Position numbers and translations under genes: made by a program
The notes under the pieces: generated by a model
Databases searched by the model: none
What the model was told of the DNA's origin: nothing
The model's input: the letters and a program-made list of their open reading frames with translations, nothing else
Part shown: piece by piece, positions 1 to 10,311 of the stretch
How the letters are laid out: each line of letters opens with the position of its first letter
How positions within the stretch are numbered: position 1 is the stretch's first letter
From: an uncultured Fibrobacterota bacterium
GTDB lineage: Bacteria > Fibrobacterota > Chitinivibrionia > Chitinivibrionales > CAYFVL01
Direction: 5' to 3'
Assembly: GCA_964419255.1 (NCBI GenBank)
Contig: CAYQOU010000002.1
Span: 44,892 to 108,891, forward strand
Length of the DNA: 64,000 bases

Positions 1-1410
1 ATAAGAAGCTCGACAGACCTTGATAATGCGGAAGAATATGAATTTGATGAAATTGAGATTGGCGACAATATTACTCAGGAGAATAATTTGGAGGGCGCTC
101 TTGACATGACTCTTCCTCTGGCCCTGGGGACCAGTGCTCTTGAGCTCAAAGCCGGGGTAAAGGGGCGCCAGAGAATGAAAATGCGCGATGAACTCAAAGA
201 GATATATACCTATGAAGGAAGTGACAATTTGACAATGGATATGGTTACGGGAGACTACAACAATCCGGAGTTTCTCAATGGAAAATATCCCAACTCAGCA
301 AGAAGTTTTGTTGACCCGAAAAAGATCAGAGATTATTTCGAGGATAACAGAAGCAGCTTTGAACTTATTGATGAAGTTGACCTTCTTGAGGATAAGTGGC
401 TGGCCGATTATGAAGCAACAGAAAAGGTTGGAGCTGGCTATTTGCAGGCTAAGCTTTCTCATCGCAGTCTGTCTTTTCTAGGTGGTTTTCGCATGGAGTA
501 CACCGGAGCAAATTATCTGGGATATCAGTTCAATGAAGCGACTGCTCGAGTTAGTGAAGATGAAGGCTATACAAATTCACTGGAATTTTTACCAATGCTG
601 CATGCTAAATATTCACCGGTGGATAATCTCAATATCCGTGCAGCATACACGCGTTCCTTTGCACGACCGGATTTTGAAAAACTTGTGCCATTTTACCTTA
701 TCAATGATGATGGCGATGAGGCTGAATTGGGTAATCCTGATCTGGAAAATACCCATGCAAATTCATTCGATCTGCTTGGTGAATATTTCTTTGAATCGGT
801 TGGTGTAATTTCGGCTGGAGTGTTTGCAAAATTAATCGACGGTTTTATCTATACCCGTATCACCAATAATGGATCGGTCGAGGAGGAGCAGCCGGTTAAT
901 GGTAATGATGCTCTGCTTTACGGTTTTGAAGCAAGCTTTGAAAAACAATTGAACTTTCTTCCTTCTTTTCTTAGTGGGTTAGGCATTGGCGGGAATTACA
1001 CTTATGCTCATTCTGAAGCTGAAGTGGAAACTGTACGTGAAGAAGGTGAAGCATCTATGGTCAGAACAATCAGGCTTCCAGGACAATCAGATCACGTTTT
1101 CAATGCTTATATACAATATGAGAAATATGGATTCAGCTCTCGTCTTGCCACCAACTACCACAGTGATTTCATTGATGAGGTTGGTGCAGAAAAGGGTGAT
1201 GATGAATTTTACGATGAACATCTCCAGCTTGATCTCTCTTTTAGCTATACACTGCCGACATTGAAAACTCTGGTTGTATTCGCAGACTTTGTCAATATCA
1301 CTGATGCTCCGCTTCGCTACTACAGTCTCAATGGAGATGATGAAGAAATCACTCTTCAGCAGGAATATTACTCATGGTGGAGCACATTTGGTATAAAGTA
1401 TTCATTCTAA
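1..1410 (+). CDS. TonB-dependent receptor, C-terminal part (5' end outside window); phytase-associated type
   Basis: Frame open from base 1. TBDR barrel motifs (LPMLHAKY...NIRAAYTRSFARPDF, GNPDL...ANSFDL, NITD), terminal YSF, directly upstream of phytase. Confidence 0.9.
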   Translation: MRSSTDLDNAEEYEFDEIEIGDNITQENNLEGALDMTLPLALGTSALELKAGVKGRQRMKMRDELKEIYTYEGSDNLTMDMVTGDYNNPEFLNGKYPNSARSFVDPKKIRDYFEDNRSSFELIDEVDLLEDKWLADYEATEKVGAGYLQAKLSHRSLSFLGGFRMEYTGANYLGYQFNEATARVSEDEGYTNSLEFLPMLHAKYSPVDNLNIRAAYTRSFARPDFEKLVPFYLINDDGDEAELGNPDLENTHANSFDLLGEYFFESVGVISAGVFAKLIDGFIYTRITNNGSVEEEQPVNGNDALLYGFEASFEKQLNFLPSFLSGLGIGGNYTYAHSEAEVETVREEGEASMVRTIRLPGQSDHVFNAYIQYEKYGFSSRLATNYHSDFIDEVGAEKGDDEFYDEHLQLDLSFSYTLPTLKTLVVFADFVNITDAPLRYYSLNGDDEEITLQQEYYSWWSTFGIKYSF

Positions 1411-1428
1411 AATATTGGAACCGGTACT

Positions 1429-2523
1429 ATGAAATATATTTACATAACAGTATTCGCATTCATGCTTTTCGCTGTTTCCTGTCAAAAGGAATCAGAAATG
1501 AAAACAGCAGAGGATTCAACCAAAAAGAGCATGGTAAAAGCCGCATCCCCGCCGGTGGTTAAAGAAGCATTTGCCACTCAGCTGGATACCGTCGACAACC
1601 TTGACAGCCCGGGATTCTGGCAGGGCCCGGAGGGGAAAAACTGGCTGCTTGCTACTGCAAAGGATAGTAATAAAGTCATAGTGTATGATGCTGCAACAGG
1701 TGAGAAAATGACCTCTTTTGGTCAGGGTGGAAACGGACCTGGAGAGCTTAATCGCCCTAATGGTATCGCGGTTGTGGATTCGGTGGCTTTTGTGGTGGAA
1801 CGAGATAACCACCGTATCCAGCTTTTTGCTCTCCCGTCCTTACAGCCCCTATGCATTGTTGGAGAGAAGAATCTGCGTCGTCCTTACGGAATAACTGTCG
1901 ACAACCATAATGGATTGTATCATTTGTATGTTACAGATAATTATGAAAACCCCGACGAGAGTATTCCTGCTTTAGACAGTCTTGGTCACCGTGTCCATCA
2001 TTTCACCGTTGCTCTTTCTGAAGGTGAACCGCAGGTGAGGCACATCCGGGCTTTTGGTGATACTGAGGGTGAGGGAGTGCTCTATAAAGTTGAATCTATC
2101 CTGATGGACCGGATATACAACAGATTGCTTATAGCCGATGAGTTTGAGATACAGCGAAACATCAAGATATATACACTCGAGGGTTCCTTTACAGGTGCCG
2201 TTTTCGACAGTGCCTTTTTTGCGTACGAACCTGAAGGTATCGCCTTATGGTCATGTTCGTCCGATTCATCGGGGTACTATATAGCCACCGATCAGGATGA
2301 GGATGTTAATACATTTCAGGTATTTGACCGCAGGACACTGAAGTACCGCGGCGGATTTACCGGTGAGATTACTCGCAACACCGATGGTGTGGCATTAACA
2401 CAAGCTGCTTTCGGCCCTTTTTCTCACGGAGTTTTTTATCCCGTTCACAACGACGGAAGTGTGACTGCAATAGCATGGGATGAAATCGCTTCAGCTCTGA
2501 ATCTTAGGGTAAAATGTGACTAA
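1429..2523 (+). CDS. Beta-propeller phytase (3-phytase), lipoprotein
   Basis: Lipobox AVSC; DSPGFW, RPNGIAV, EPEGIALW, NTDGVAL and GVFYPVHND motifs typical of beta-propeller phytases. Confidence 0.85.
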   Translation: MKYIYITVFAFMLFAVSCQKESEMKTAEDSTKKSMVKAASPPVVKEAFATQLDTVDNLDSPGFWQGPEGKNWLLATAKDSNKVIVYDAATGEKMTSFGQGGNGPGELNRPNGIAVVDSVAFVVERDNHRIQLFALPSLQPLCIVGEKNLRRPYGITVDNHNGLYHLYVTDNYENPDESIPALDSLGHRVHHFTVALSEGEPQVRHIRAFGDTEGEGVLYKVESILMDRIYNRLLIADEFEIQRNIKIYTLEGSFTGAVFDSAFFAYEPEGIALWSCSSDSSGYYIATDQDEDVNTFQVFDRRTLKYRGGFTGEITRNTDGVALTQAAFGPFSHGVFYPVHNDGSVTAIAWDEIASALNLRVKCD

Positions 2524-2537
2524 AAAGCAATTTCGTC

Positions 2538-2577
2538 TTGCCCTCTGCGATACTGCATCCGGGGGCAATTTTCTTTC
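2538..2577 (+). terminator. Hairpin, possible intrinsic terminator after phytase
   Basis: TTGCCC...GGGCAA stem followed by TTTTCTTT. Confidence 0.45.
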
Positions 2578-2637
2578 TATGGTGTGCAGCAATATAGCTG
2601 TACACCCATATCACCTGAAATAATTTTTGAAAGTGAG

Positions 2638-3552
2638 ATGAAAAACATGAACTTTCGTAAATCAAACACTACCATTTTTGCTTTTTTGGTATTCCTTTTT
2701 GTCTCTTTACAGGCTCAGGGGGTAACCAAAGAAAACAGGGCCGATCACTCACATGAGCCTGATATTTTTCTTAGAGTGGCTATTATAGGCGATGCTGAAC
2801 CCAAGCCTCTGGCTGAGTTCCCCAATATGGGTGCCGCAGTTGAGCATGTTAATGATCTTGTCAAAAAACAAACAGTCGATTTCATTATCGGCGTTGGTGA
2901 TATACCACATAAAGGTACAAAAATCCAATACGAAGCAGCGACTTCGGTTCTGGAAAAGCTTGCAGCTCCATTCTATCCAATTATGGGTAATGAAGAGAAT
3001 AACAGCACTGTAGAACGGTTCTTGCACTATGCTGCTAAATGGAACAGTCCTATAGACAATCCCCGATATGTACTTGAATATGATCAGATGGCATTTGTCT
3101 TTGCATCACCGGATTTTGGTCGTGATTTCAATGATACAGGCGCGACCTGGATACATGAACAGATTCAGCGTTTGGCTCCAAAACCGGTTTTGCTGATCGT
3201 GCATGGTGCACAAACAGGTGTCTATCAGGAAAACCCGAACAAAGGTATTCACAATGAGCTCTTTAAAAAAAAGGTAATCACACAGCCCAATTTGGCAGCG
3301 GTTATTTCCGGTGATCTGCACATGGATATGGATCGGGTGGTGCACTCAAAGAAAATTGACCATGTACATTATCTTCATATTCCTGCTTTGGAACGTACCA
3401 AAATTCCTGATAAGACAAGGCATACTCCCATGTTCAGGGTGATGACTATTGGGACTGATGGGAATGTTACGGTTGAAACATATGAGGTTGGGATATCTGA
3501 ACCACTCCAAAAGCACTCTTATTCATTTTCATTAAACCTGAAGAACAAATAA
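2638..3552 (+). CDS. Exported calcineurin-like metallophosphoesterase
   Basis: Signal peptide; GDAE, GVGD, MGNEE, IVHG and SGDLH motifs. ATG 2638/2647 preferred over GTG 2584. Confidence 0.8.
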   Translation: MKNMNFRKSNTTIFAFLVFLFVSLQAQGVTKENRADHSHEPDIFLRVAIIGDAEPKPLAEFPNMGAAVEHVNDLVKKQTVDFIIGVGDIPHKGTKIQYEAATSVLEKLAAPFYPIMGNEENNSTVERFLHYAAKWNSPIDNPRYVLEYDQMAFVFASPDFGRDFNDTGATWIHEQIQRLAPKPVLLIVHGAQTGVYQENPNKGIHNELFKKKVITQPNLAAVISGDLHMDMDRVVHSKKIDHVHYLHIPALERTKIPDKTRHTPMFRVMTIGTDGNVTVETYEVGISEPLQKHSYSFSLNLKNK

Positions 3553-3569
3553 TAAAGGCCGTATACTGA

Positions 3570-3851
3570 ATTCCCAAACGTGGTTTTTGGATTAACCCAA
3601 TGCCAGAGTTTCCTTAGAATCATATTACAATGTACGGAAATGAGAAGGAATCTGTGCAGGAATATCCAGATCGCCAACCGTTAGGAAAATCATATTTAAC
3701 CACTTCGGCCACAATGAAGGCAGCGCGACATCCTGCTTTTTGGGCTTGATCCAACCTCAAGCAGTTCATCGGATTTGATATTGAACCAAGTCAGACAAAA
3801 TCCCTGGATTTTTAGTTGACGAGAATTTTAACTATTAATGGTCATGGGCAT
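3570..3851 (-). pseudogene. Degenerate ISL3-like transposase 5' fragment
   Basis: AGGAGG RBS, then MPMTINS*NSRQLKIQGFCLTWFNIKSDELLEVGSSPKSRMSRCLHCGRSG* (CxxCG zinc-finger start), followed by frameshifted RWR/DIP-like pieces; in-frame stops. Confidence 0.45.
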
Positions 3852-3956
3852 AATCCTCCTGATAAACGGTTTATTTGCCAAAAAAATAATCAGTGAGACG
3901 CCCATGTTCTATACTGTCAAAGATTTAGTCGTTTATACGTTTTGGCAATCTCGGAT

Positions 3957-4808
3957 TTACCCTCTTTTCTTATATTCCGGCCTTACAATATCACCGAGAG
4001 GATAGGAGCCGAGAATTCTGAAGAACGTAGTTATTTCCTGGAGATGATTCAGAGCATTCTTTTGTGCTTTGTCATGAGCATACCCCTGAAAATCGAGATA
4101 GAAAAGATATTCAAAATTCTTTCCATTAACGGGACGACTTTCTATCTTGTAAAGATCTATATCTCTTAAGGCGAAGACACTTAAGGCCTTGAAAAGCGCT
4201 CCAGGTATGTTCTTTGTAGAAAAGACAATGGAGGTTTTGATATCTTTAGCACTACACGGCTTCTTTTGCCTGCGAGCGAGTATGAGAAATCTTGTCATAT
4301 TATTTCGATTATCTTCGATATGCCGAGCCAGTACCGACATATCGTAATCTATTGCAGCCTGCATGGAGGCTATGGCAGCGGAATCCTTCAGATGCTCTTC
4401 TTTTATTTTTTTTACAGCCGCAGCAGTGTTGGATACCGCTACAATCTCGATGGATTTCATCAGCTCAAGATACCTTTTACATTGCGCTAAGGCTTGGGGG
4501 TGAGAAAATACTCGTCTGATTTTTGACTTGGTGATCCCACGATTTGCAATCAAATAGTGACTTACCTGTAAAACGATCTCCCCAATGATAAACAGATCGT
4601 TTTCAAGCAGGAGATCATAATTCTGATGTATACTGCCGGCCAAGGAATTTTCGATGGGAATAACCCCATACTGTGCCTGTTTATCGGCAACAGCCCGAAA
4701 AACATCTGTGAATTCCTTTCTTGGAACTACTTTCTTATTTTTCCCGAAAAACAAGACCGCCGCCAATTCCCCGAATGCCCCTCTTTCCCCCTGAAAAGCC
4801 ACTGCCAT
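3957..4808 (-). CDS. pheA: Prephenate dehydratase (monofunctional PDT-ACT)
   Basis: VAFQGERGAF, PIENS, SHPQALAQC, NMTRF, KIESRP motifs; TGATG overlap with upstream gene. Confidence 0.95.
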   Translation of the reverse strand: MAVAFQGERGAFGELAAVLFFGKNKKVVPRKEFTDVFRAVADKQAQYGVIPIENSLAGSIHQNYDLLLENDLFIIGEIVLQVSHYLIANRGITKSKIRRVFSHPQALAQCKRYLELMKSIEIVAVSNTAAAVKKIKEEHLKDSAAIASMQAAIDYDMSVLARHIEDNRNNMTRFLILARRQKKPCSAKDIKTSIVFSTKNIPGALFKALSVFALRDIDLYKIESRPVNGKNFEYLFYLDFQGYAHDKAQKNALNHLQEITTFFRILGSYPLGDIVRPEYKKRG

Positions 4809-5362
4809 CAATAGAGTCTCCTTGCAAGAACATATTTCCGTCTAAAAAAAGAGGAACCCAAGGTACTATATGTAACGCCACGTTTACTACTTGCATGCGC
4901 GAAACGTCCATTCCCTACATAGATTCCAACGTGGTTTATCTTTCTGGAAATACCATTTCTGAAAAACACCAAATCCCCGGCTTTCAGCTGATTTTTGGAA
5001 ATCAGAGTACCCATCTTACTCATATCATGGGACGTCCGTGGCAGTGTTGTATTGGTTAGGTCTCTGTATACCGCTCGAACAAAACCGCTGCAGTCAAAGC
5101 CCTTTCTTGTCGTACCGCCCCAGCGGTACGGTACACCGATATACGAATCAACAATTTGGTGCAACCGCGATTCGGAAACAGTTCCGGCTGATGATAAGGC
5201 TTTTTTGGCGGTATCACTGATGGGTTTTTCCTGTGAGACTTTCGAGGGAGGAATTTTGGTGGGCCTGCTGTAGCGTACCTGTGGTGTGCAGCCAAAGATC
5301 AGAAAACTTAATATAATTAAACCAGCTGCAAATACATATAGTCGCCAACAAACCGAATTCAT
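4808..5362 (-). CDS. NlpC/P60 (C40) peptidoglycan endopeptidase lipoprotein
   Basis: Lipobox IFGC; GVPYRWGG, FDCSG, GDLVFF, HVGIY, FAHAS. Confidence 0.93.
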   Translation of the reverse strand: MNSVCWRLYVFAAGLIILSFLIFGCTPQVRYSRPTKIPPSKVSQEKPISDTAKKALSSAGTVSESRLHQIVDSYIGVPYRWGGTTRKGFDCSGFVRAVYRDLTNTTLPRTSHDMSKMGTLISKNQLKAGDLVFFRNGISRKINHVGIYVGNGRFAHASSKRGVTYSTLGSSFFRRKYVLARRLY

Positions 5363-5365
5363 CAG

Positions 5366-6802
5366 CTATTCCATCAGTGTTTGAGTCGCGTAGCCCAGTT
5401 TCATCAACGTATCTTCCCTCCATTTGGGCGCCATAAACTGTACACCAATCGGCAAGTCGCCATGCTTACCGCAGGGTATACTGATGCCAGGAATACCCGC
5501 CAGATTAGCGGATACCGTGTAGGTATCGGTCAAATACATCTGCAAAGGATTTTGCACCTTCTCGCCGATTCTGAACGCAGGTGTCGGCGCGACCGGAGAA
5601 ACAATAGCATCGCAGGATGTAAATGCGTGGTCGAAATCCTGTCCAATCAGAGTTCGCACCTTGGCCCCTTTAAGATAATATGCATCATAATAGCCGGAGC
5701 TTAATACATAGGTTCCCAGCATAATGCGCCTTTTCACCTCTGCACCAAAGCCTTCTTCACGGGTTGCACAGTACATCTCCTGTAGAGTTTTCCGATTGTC
5801 GCTTCGAAAGCCGTATTTTACTCCATCATATCTGGCCAAATTGGATGATGCTTCCGCGGTGCATATGATATAGTATGCAGCGATTGCATACTGAAGGTGG
5901 GGCAATGATATATCTACCACTTCTGCCCCCAGAGAAACCAAAGCGTCTATAGTATTCTGAACCGCGTTGCGGACAGTATCAGACAGCCCTTCACCGAAGT
6001 ATTCTTTCGGAATGCCAAGTTTCATGGAGCGGAGATCGGTGGTGTATAGTGAGTCATCATTTTCAAATGGTTTTCCCGCGCAGGTCGAGTCTCGCGCATC
6101 TTCCCCCGCAATCACCGACAGGAGCAACCCCGCATCGCGAATGTCGGTTGCAACCGGACCTATTTGATCGAGTGATGAGGCAAATGCGACCAAACCGTAT
6201 CGGCTAACTCGACCATAAGTAGGTTTCATGCCGATAACACCACAATGACTACATGGCTGACGGATTGATCCTCCGGTATCGGAGCCCAGAGCAAGGGGCA
6301 CAAAGCCTGCGGCTACAGCCGCGGCGCTTCCACCACTGCTTCCTCCCGGAGTATATTCGGTGTTGTTCGGATTACGGGTCAGGCCACCGGCAGCCGTTTC
6401 AGTGCTTGATCCCATGGCGAATTCGTCCATGTTTGTTTTCCCTACAATTACAGCTCCGGCCTCTTTTAGAAACTGGACAACCGCAGCATCGTAAGGCGGC
6501 ACAAAGTGCTGAAGCATTTTGGATGAGCAGGTGGTCGGAATCCCTTTTGTACAGATATTATCCTTAACGGCAACCGGGATACCTAGAAGAGGTTTAGCCG
6601 CTTTTTCCTCGGAATTCAGATTATCAAGTTCACGCGCCTGTATTCTGGCCTCTTCTGAGTGAACGTTGGTAAATGCGTTAACCTTCGCATCACCCTTTTC
6701 GATACGGGCAAGAGATTCTTCCACAATCTCTATGCATTTTTTTTTGCCACTTTTCAAATCAGAAACAACCGATTTCATATCTTTATCAAAAAAAGGCATC
6801 AC
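5366..6802 (-). CDS. gatA: Asp/Glu-tRNA amidotransferase subunit A
   Basis: Amidase signature [40 protein letters not shown]. Confidence 0.97.
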   Translation of the reverse strand: MMPFFDKDMKSVVSDLKSGKKKCIEIVEESLARIEKGDAKVNAFTNVHSEEARIQARELDNLNSEEKAAKPLLGIPVAVKDNICTKGIPTTCSSKMLQHFVPPYDAAVVQFLKEAGAVIVGKTNMDEFAMGSSTETAAGGLTRNPNNTEYTPGGSSGGSAAAVAAGFVPLALGSDTGGSIRQPCSHCGVIGMKPTYGRVSRYGLVAFASSLDQIGPVATDIRDAGLLLSVIAGEDARDSTCAGKPFENDDSLYTTDLRSMKLGIPKEYFGEGLSDTVRNAVQNTIDALVSLGAEVVDISLPHLQYAIAAYYIICTAEASSNLARYDGVKYGFRSDNRKTLQEMYCATREEGFGAEVKRRIMLGTYVLSSGYYDAYYLKGAKVRTLIGQDFDHAFTSCDAIVSPVAPTPAFRIGEKVQNPLQMYLTDTYTVSANLAGIPGISIPCGKHGDLPIGVQFMAPKWREDTLMKLGYATQTLME

Positions 6803-6819
6803 GATATCCTCTCGGGATC

Positions 6820-7107
6820 TTACTTATACCAACGAAAAAAATACAAACTGATAAAAATTCCGATTACAGAAAGGAGACTAAATTTCATTTGTAAGCCAAT
6901 CTGAAATTTTATAGCATTTAGATCAATTACGACAGGTTCAGGAAAGCCTATGCCAAAAAGAATGTTGTATGTAAAGAAGGTTTTGACCACATTATCACCA
7001 GTCGGCATCATGGTAACCAAACCGTTTAAGTACGAACCAATTATAACGCCTACCAAGACCACCAGAAGCAGTGTTCCAAAGCTCTTCTCTTTCAGACTGA
7101 CCGCCAT
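6820..7107 (-). CDS. DUF4321-family small membrane protein
   Basis: 95 aa, two hydrophobic segments, PVVIDL..IKF.IGL..K.SLLSVIG pattern. Confidence 0.75.
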   Translation of the reverse strand: MAVSLKEKSFGTLLLVVLVGVIIGSYLNGLVTMMPTGDNVVKTFFTYNILFGIGFPEPVVIDLNAIKFQIGLQMKFSLLSVIGIFISLYFFRWYK

Positions 7108-7202
7108 CGGTACGCTCCCTTCTTACCAATTCATTTGGTACTAACCATTGTTCTCTGGACTTTGAATATACAATACGTTTCCGTTAAAAGTCAGCAAAAG
7201 CA

Positions 7203-8441
7203 TTAGCTTCTGGGATATTCTTTAAGCACCATTTTGGCCGTATACCGCTTCTGGTTACGTATAAATGTCACCTTGACCCTATCTTCCACAAAATAATTCA
7301 GGAAGAAACCGTCGATATCCATATGATTGCGGATCTTACGCTTTCCCATTTGAACGATTATATCCCCTTCCTTAAGACCGCAGATATCTCCTGGACTTCC
7401 CTTTTCAACATCGGTAACCAACACCCCCTCAGATTGATCATAACCGAAAGCCAGTGCAACTGACCGATCCAGGTTCTGAACAGTTATTCCGGTCCAGATC
7501 TGACGACGGTGGCCATGATTAAGCAACTCGTCAATAACGCGCTTGGCACTGTTTATCGGAATCGCAAACCCAATCCCAATCGATCCCCTGTTATTATTAC
7601 TTCCCGTGTAAATAAACGTATTTATACCTACGACCTCCCCCTTTGCATTCAAAAGGGGCCCTCCCGAGTTGCCCGGATTGATAGCAGCATCGGTTTGAAT
7701 CATATTCTGATAGTAAACCTTATCCGAGGGAGCAAAATTTCTTCTCAGAGCGCTAACAACCCCCACGGTAACCGTAGGTCGAGGGTCATTGAAAAAATTC
7801 AGAAAAGGATTTCCTATGGCAATAACCCACTCCCCGATCATCAGATCCTCGGAATCGCCGATTTTTAGTGTTGCCAATCCCTTTTTATCTACCTTTATGA
7901 GTGCCAAATCCGAGTAAGGATCACGCCCGACAACTTTTCCTTCAAGCTGCTTGCCATCGGGTAAATCCACATACAGCTTTTGAGCCCCCTCGACAACATG
8001 ATTATTTGTCAAAATGAGGCCATCCTCATCGATAACAAATCCCGATCCCATGTTCTCGACCTCTTTATATTGAGGAACCAGACGATGGGGAAGAAATGGA
8101 TTGAAAAAATCACGCTGATAGTAAAGCGATCCCACATATTGCAATTGAGTCACTATGATTCCAACGACGCCGGAAGATACCCGCTCGGTTGCAGCTACTA
8201 TTGCGGTACGCCGTGAATCGGTAATCGACTGCTGAGTGGAAGGACGAGAAATCGGCGGCTTACGCTCAGACAGATTCGAAGCAAACCCGGAAGAATCTCG
8301 ACTATCGGATTCCGCCGGTTGCATCTCAATATTGTTTCTTCGGTATATCCTGCGGATTGCTTCCCCTCCGACAACAGCTCCCAAAATCAATCCAACCAGA
8401 AGCAACAAAACATATATACTGGAACGCCCTAAGGTATTCAT
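7203..8441 (-). CDS. HtrA/DegQ-like trypsin protease with PDZ domain
   Basis: GSGFVI, TNNHVV, DLALIK, QTDAAINPGNSGGPL; N-terminal TM helix. Start at ATG 8441 overlaps truA stop. Confidence 0.93.
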   Translation of the reverse strand: MNTLGRSSIYVLLLLVGLILGAVVGGEAIRRIYRRNNIEMQPAESDSRDSSGFASNLSERKPPISRPSTQQSITDSRRTAIVAATERVSSGVVGIIVTQLQYVGSLYYQRDFFNPFLPHRLVPQYKEVENMGSGFVIDEDGLILTNNHVVEGAQKLYVDLPDGKQLEGKVVGRDPYSDLALIKVDKKGLATLKIGDSEDLMIGEWVIAIGNPFLNFFNDPRPTVTVGVVSALRRNFAPSDKVYYQNMIQTDAAINPGNSGGPLLNAKGEVVGINTFIYTGSNNNRGSIGIGFAIPINSAKRVIDELLNHGHRRQIWTGITVQNLDRSVALAFGYDQSEGVLVTDVEKGSPGDICGLKEGDIIVQMGKRKIRNHMDIDGFFLNYFVEDRVKVTFIRNQKRYTAKMVLKEYPRS

Positions 8442-9175
8442 AATTCTTCCTCCGGATAGAAGACATTTTCCAGCACCAGCCCACATGCGGGAGCAGTTTC
8501 ACCAGCCCTGTTTCGATCTTTTGAATTTAAAATTTCCCCGACTGAGTATTGTTTTTTTCCCCGCCCGATATCGATCATTGTTCCAACTAGTGATCGCACC
8601 ATTTTATATAAAAACCGATTTGCCTCAATTGTAAAAATGATCAGTTTTTCTTCGAAATCGATCCCCGCCCTATACACTGTACAATCCATGGTGTTGTGAG
8701 AATGACCGGATGAGCAGAATGCGGAAAAGTCATTTTTCCCCACCAGGCTGGATGCTTCCTGTTGTACCCGGGACCAATCGACATCATACGGCATATACCA
8801 GCTTTGATGAGCCGACAGAGGCCTCTTTCGTAAGGTTATTCTATATGTATACAGCCGCTTGATCGCACTATATCGAGCATGAAACGTATCGTCAACCGCT
8901 ACCATGTTGTAAACAGCTATATCCCTCGGGAGTAACGAGTTGACGGACCGTATGCACTGATCCACATCCGTATTCTCCGGCAGCTCGATGTGGGCTCCCT
9001 GCCCCCGTGCATGCACCCCCGCATCTGTGCGTCCCGCACCGACCACACGACACGCCTTTCGAACAACCGTAGAAAAGGCCTTCTCCAGGGTACTCTGGAT
9101 ACTAACCGCATCGAGTTGCGATTGCCAGCCGGAATAACATGCTCCATTGTATTCCACTCTGAAGAAGAATCGCAC
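8438..9175 (-). CDS. truA: tRNA pseudouridine(38-40) synthase
   Basis: YSGWQ, AGRTDAGVHA, FHARYSA, FLYKMVR, TAPACGL. Confidence 0.97.
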   Translation of the reverse strand: MRFFFRVEYNGACYSGWQSQLDAVSIQSTLEKAFSTVVRKACRVVGAGRTDAGVHARGQGAHIELPENTDVDQCIRSVNSLLPRDIAVYNMVAVDDTFHARYSAIKRLYTYRITLRKRPLSAHQSWYMPYDVDWSRVQQEASSLVGKNDFSAFCSSGHSHNTMDCTVYRAGIDFEEKLIIFTIEANRFLYKMVRSLVGTMIDIGRGKKQYSVGEILNSKDRNRAGETAPACGLVLENVFYPEEEL

Positions 9176-10311
9176 TATACTTTTTCCTTTTCACACAGCT
9201 CCGCCACCCGAACGATACGATAACAAAGTAATTCGACTTCATACCGTGAAGCCTCGCATCTGCCCGTTTTTACGCCTACATCGAATTCACGTAACCAGTA
9301 GAATATTTGCTTTAGATGGTGTTCTTTAAATGAGCGGGCGTGACGAACGATGTCGGACAAAACGATCACCGGGTAGGCTTTCTTGACCGGATCTGAAGCA
9401 GTCAACAGCCCGGAGGCTACACCGATTTCATGGGCGAGCTCATTTTTTTGGGTATAATGTAATGAATCGCTCAGATAAGAGCCCATTTTCTCAGGATTAG
9501 CCACCGCAAAGGCCCGGATGCGAAATAATGCCCAGAAATGGCGGAAGGTAGCATATACAAATGAAGGCCCCGAAAACGAAGCGGCAAATAAGGAATCCAG
9601 TATACTCAGGCATCGCACAAAATCCTTGGCCCCCAACGCTCGTGATAGTTCGAAAAAATTCTTCTCTCGGGTTGCGCCGGTTATGCTCATGATAGCATCT
9701 TTGTTTATGGGAACTCCGGGAGATAAATGAATATCGATCTTCTGTAATTCAGAATAGAGCATATCCAGCTCCGAGCCGACTAATTCTATGAGACATTCCG
9801 CATCAGATTTACTCATTTTTCGTCCAAAGAATACAGGCACCTGTGAGATTAGCCAGTCGGCGATTTTGTAATCCGGTGGCCTGCTATATTCATACAGAGC
9901 CACTTTATCCGGAACGGATTTCATCTGTTTTTTAACCGCCAGTGCATCCAGAATCTTTCCAGCTCCATCCTTGCGTTTCTGATTAACATCGATATCGGCT
10001 ATGCAGTATATATCCGGCGGCGCCATCTCTATCACCCGAGCCAATTGCTTGAGTTCACCGTCGGACAGTTCATTCAAATGACGTATGTGAAACAGACGGT
10101 TTTCCTGAAAAAGTGAGGGCGTCATCATTCTTTCGGCAAAGCTGGAGAACGATTCAGTACTCGAATCAAACCGCTCTTCAGTTATGCTTTCATTATCAGC
10201 AAAAAGTTTCTCAATGATTTCTTCGCGCACCGCTTCTCGGGTGATTGTATCGCTACCAGCAAGAAACGAGAAATGAGAAGGCCTGCCTTTAATCATCCCG
10301 CTTTTTCTCAT
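9175..10311 (-). CDS. holA: DNA polymerase III delta subunit
   Basis: TPSLF, LIELVGSELDMLYSELQKI and NFFELSRAL patterns; size fits HolA. Confidence 0.75.
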   Translation of the reverse strand: MRKSGMIKGRPSHFSFLAGSDTITREAVREEIIEKLFADNESITEERFDSSTESFSSFAERMMTPSLFQENRLFHIRHLNELSDGELKQLARVIEMAPPDIYCIADIDVNQKRKDGAGKILDALAVKKQMKSVPDKVALYEYSRPPDYKIADWLISQVPVFFGRKMSKSDAECLIELVGSELDMLYSELQKIDIHLSPGVPINKDAIMSITGATREKNFFELSRALGAKDFVRCLSILDSLFAASFSGPSFVYATFRHFWALFRIRAFAVANPEKMGSYLSDSLHYTQKNELAHEIGVASGLLTASDPVKKAYPVIVLSDIVRHARSFKEHHLKQIFYWLREFDVGVKTGRCEASRYEVELLCYRIVRVAELCEKEKV

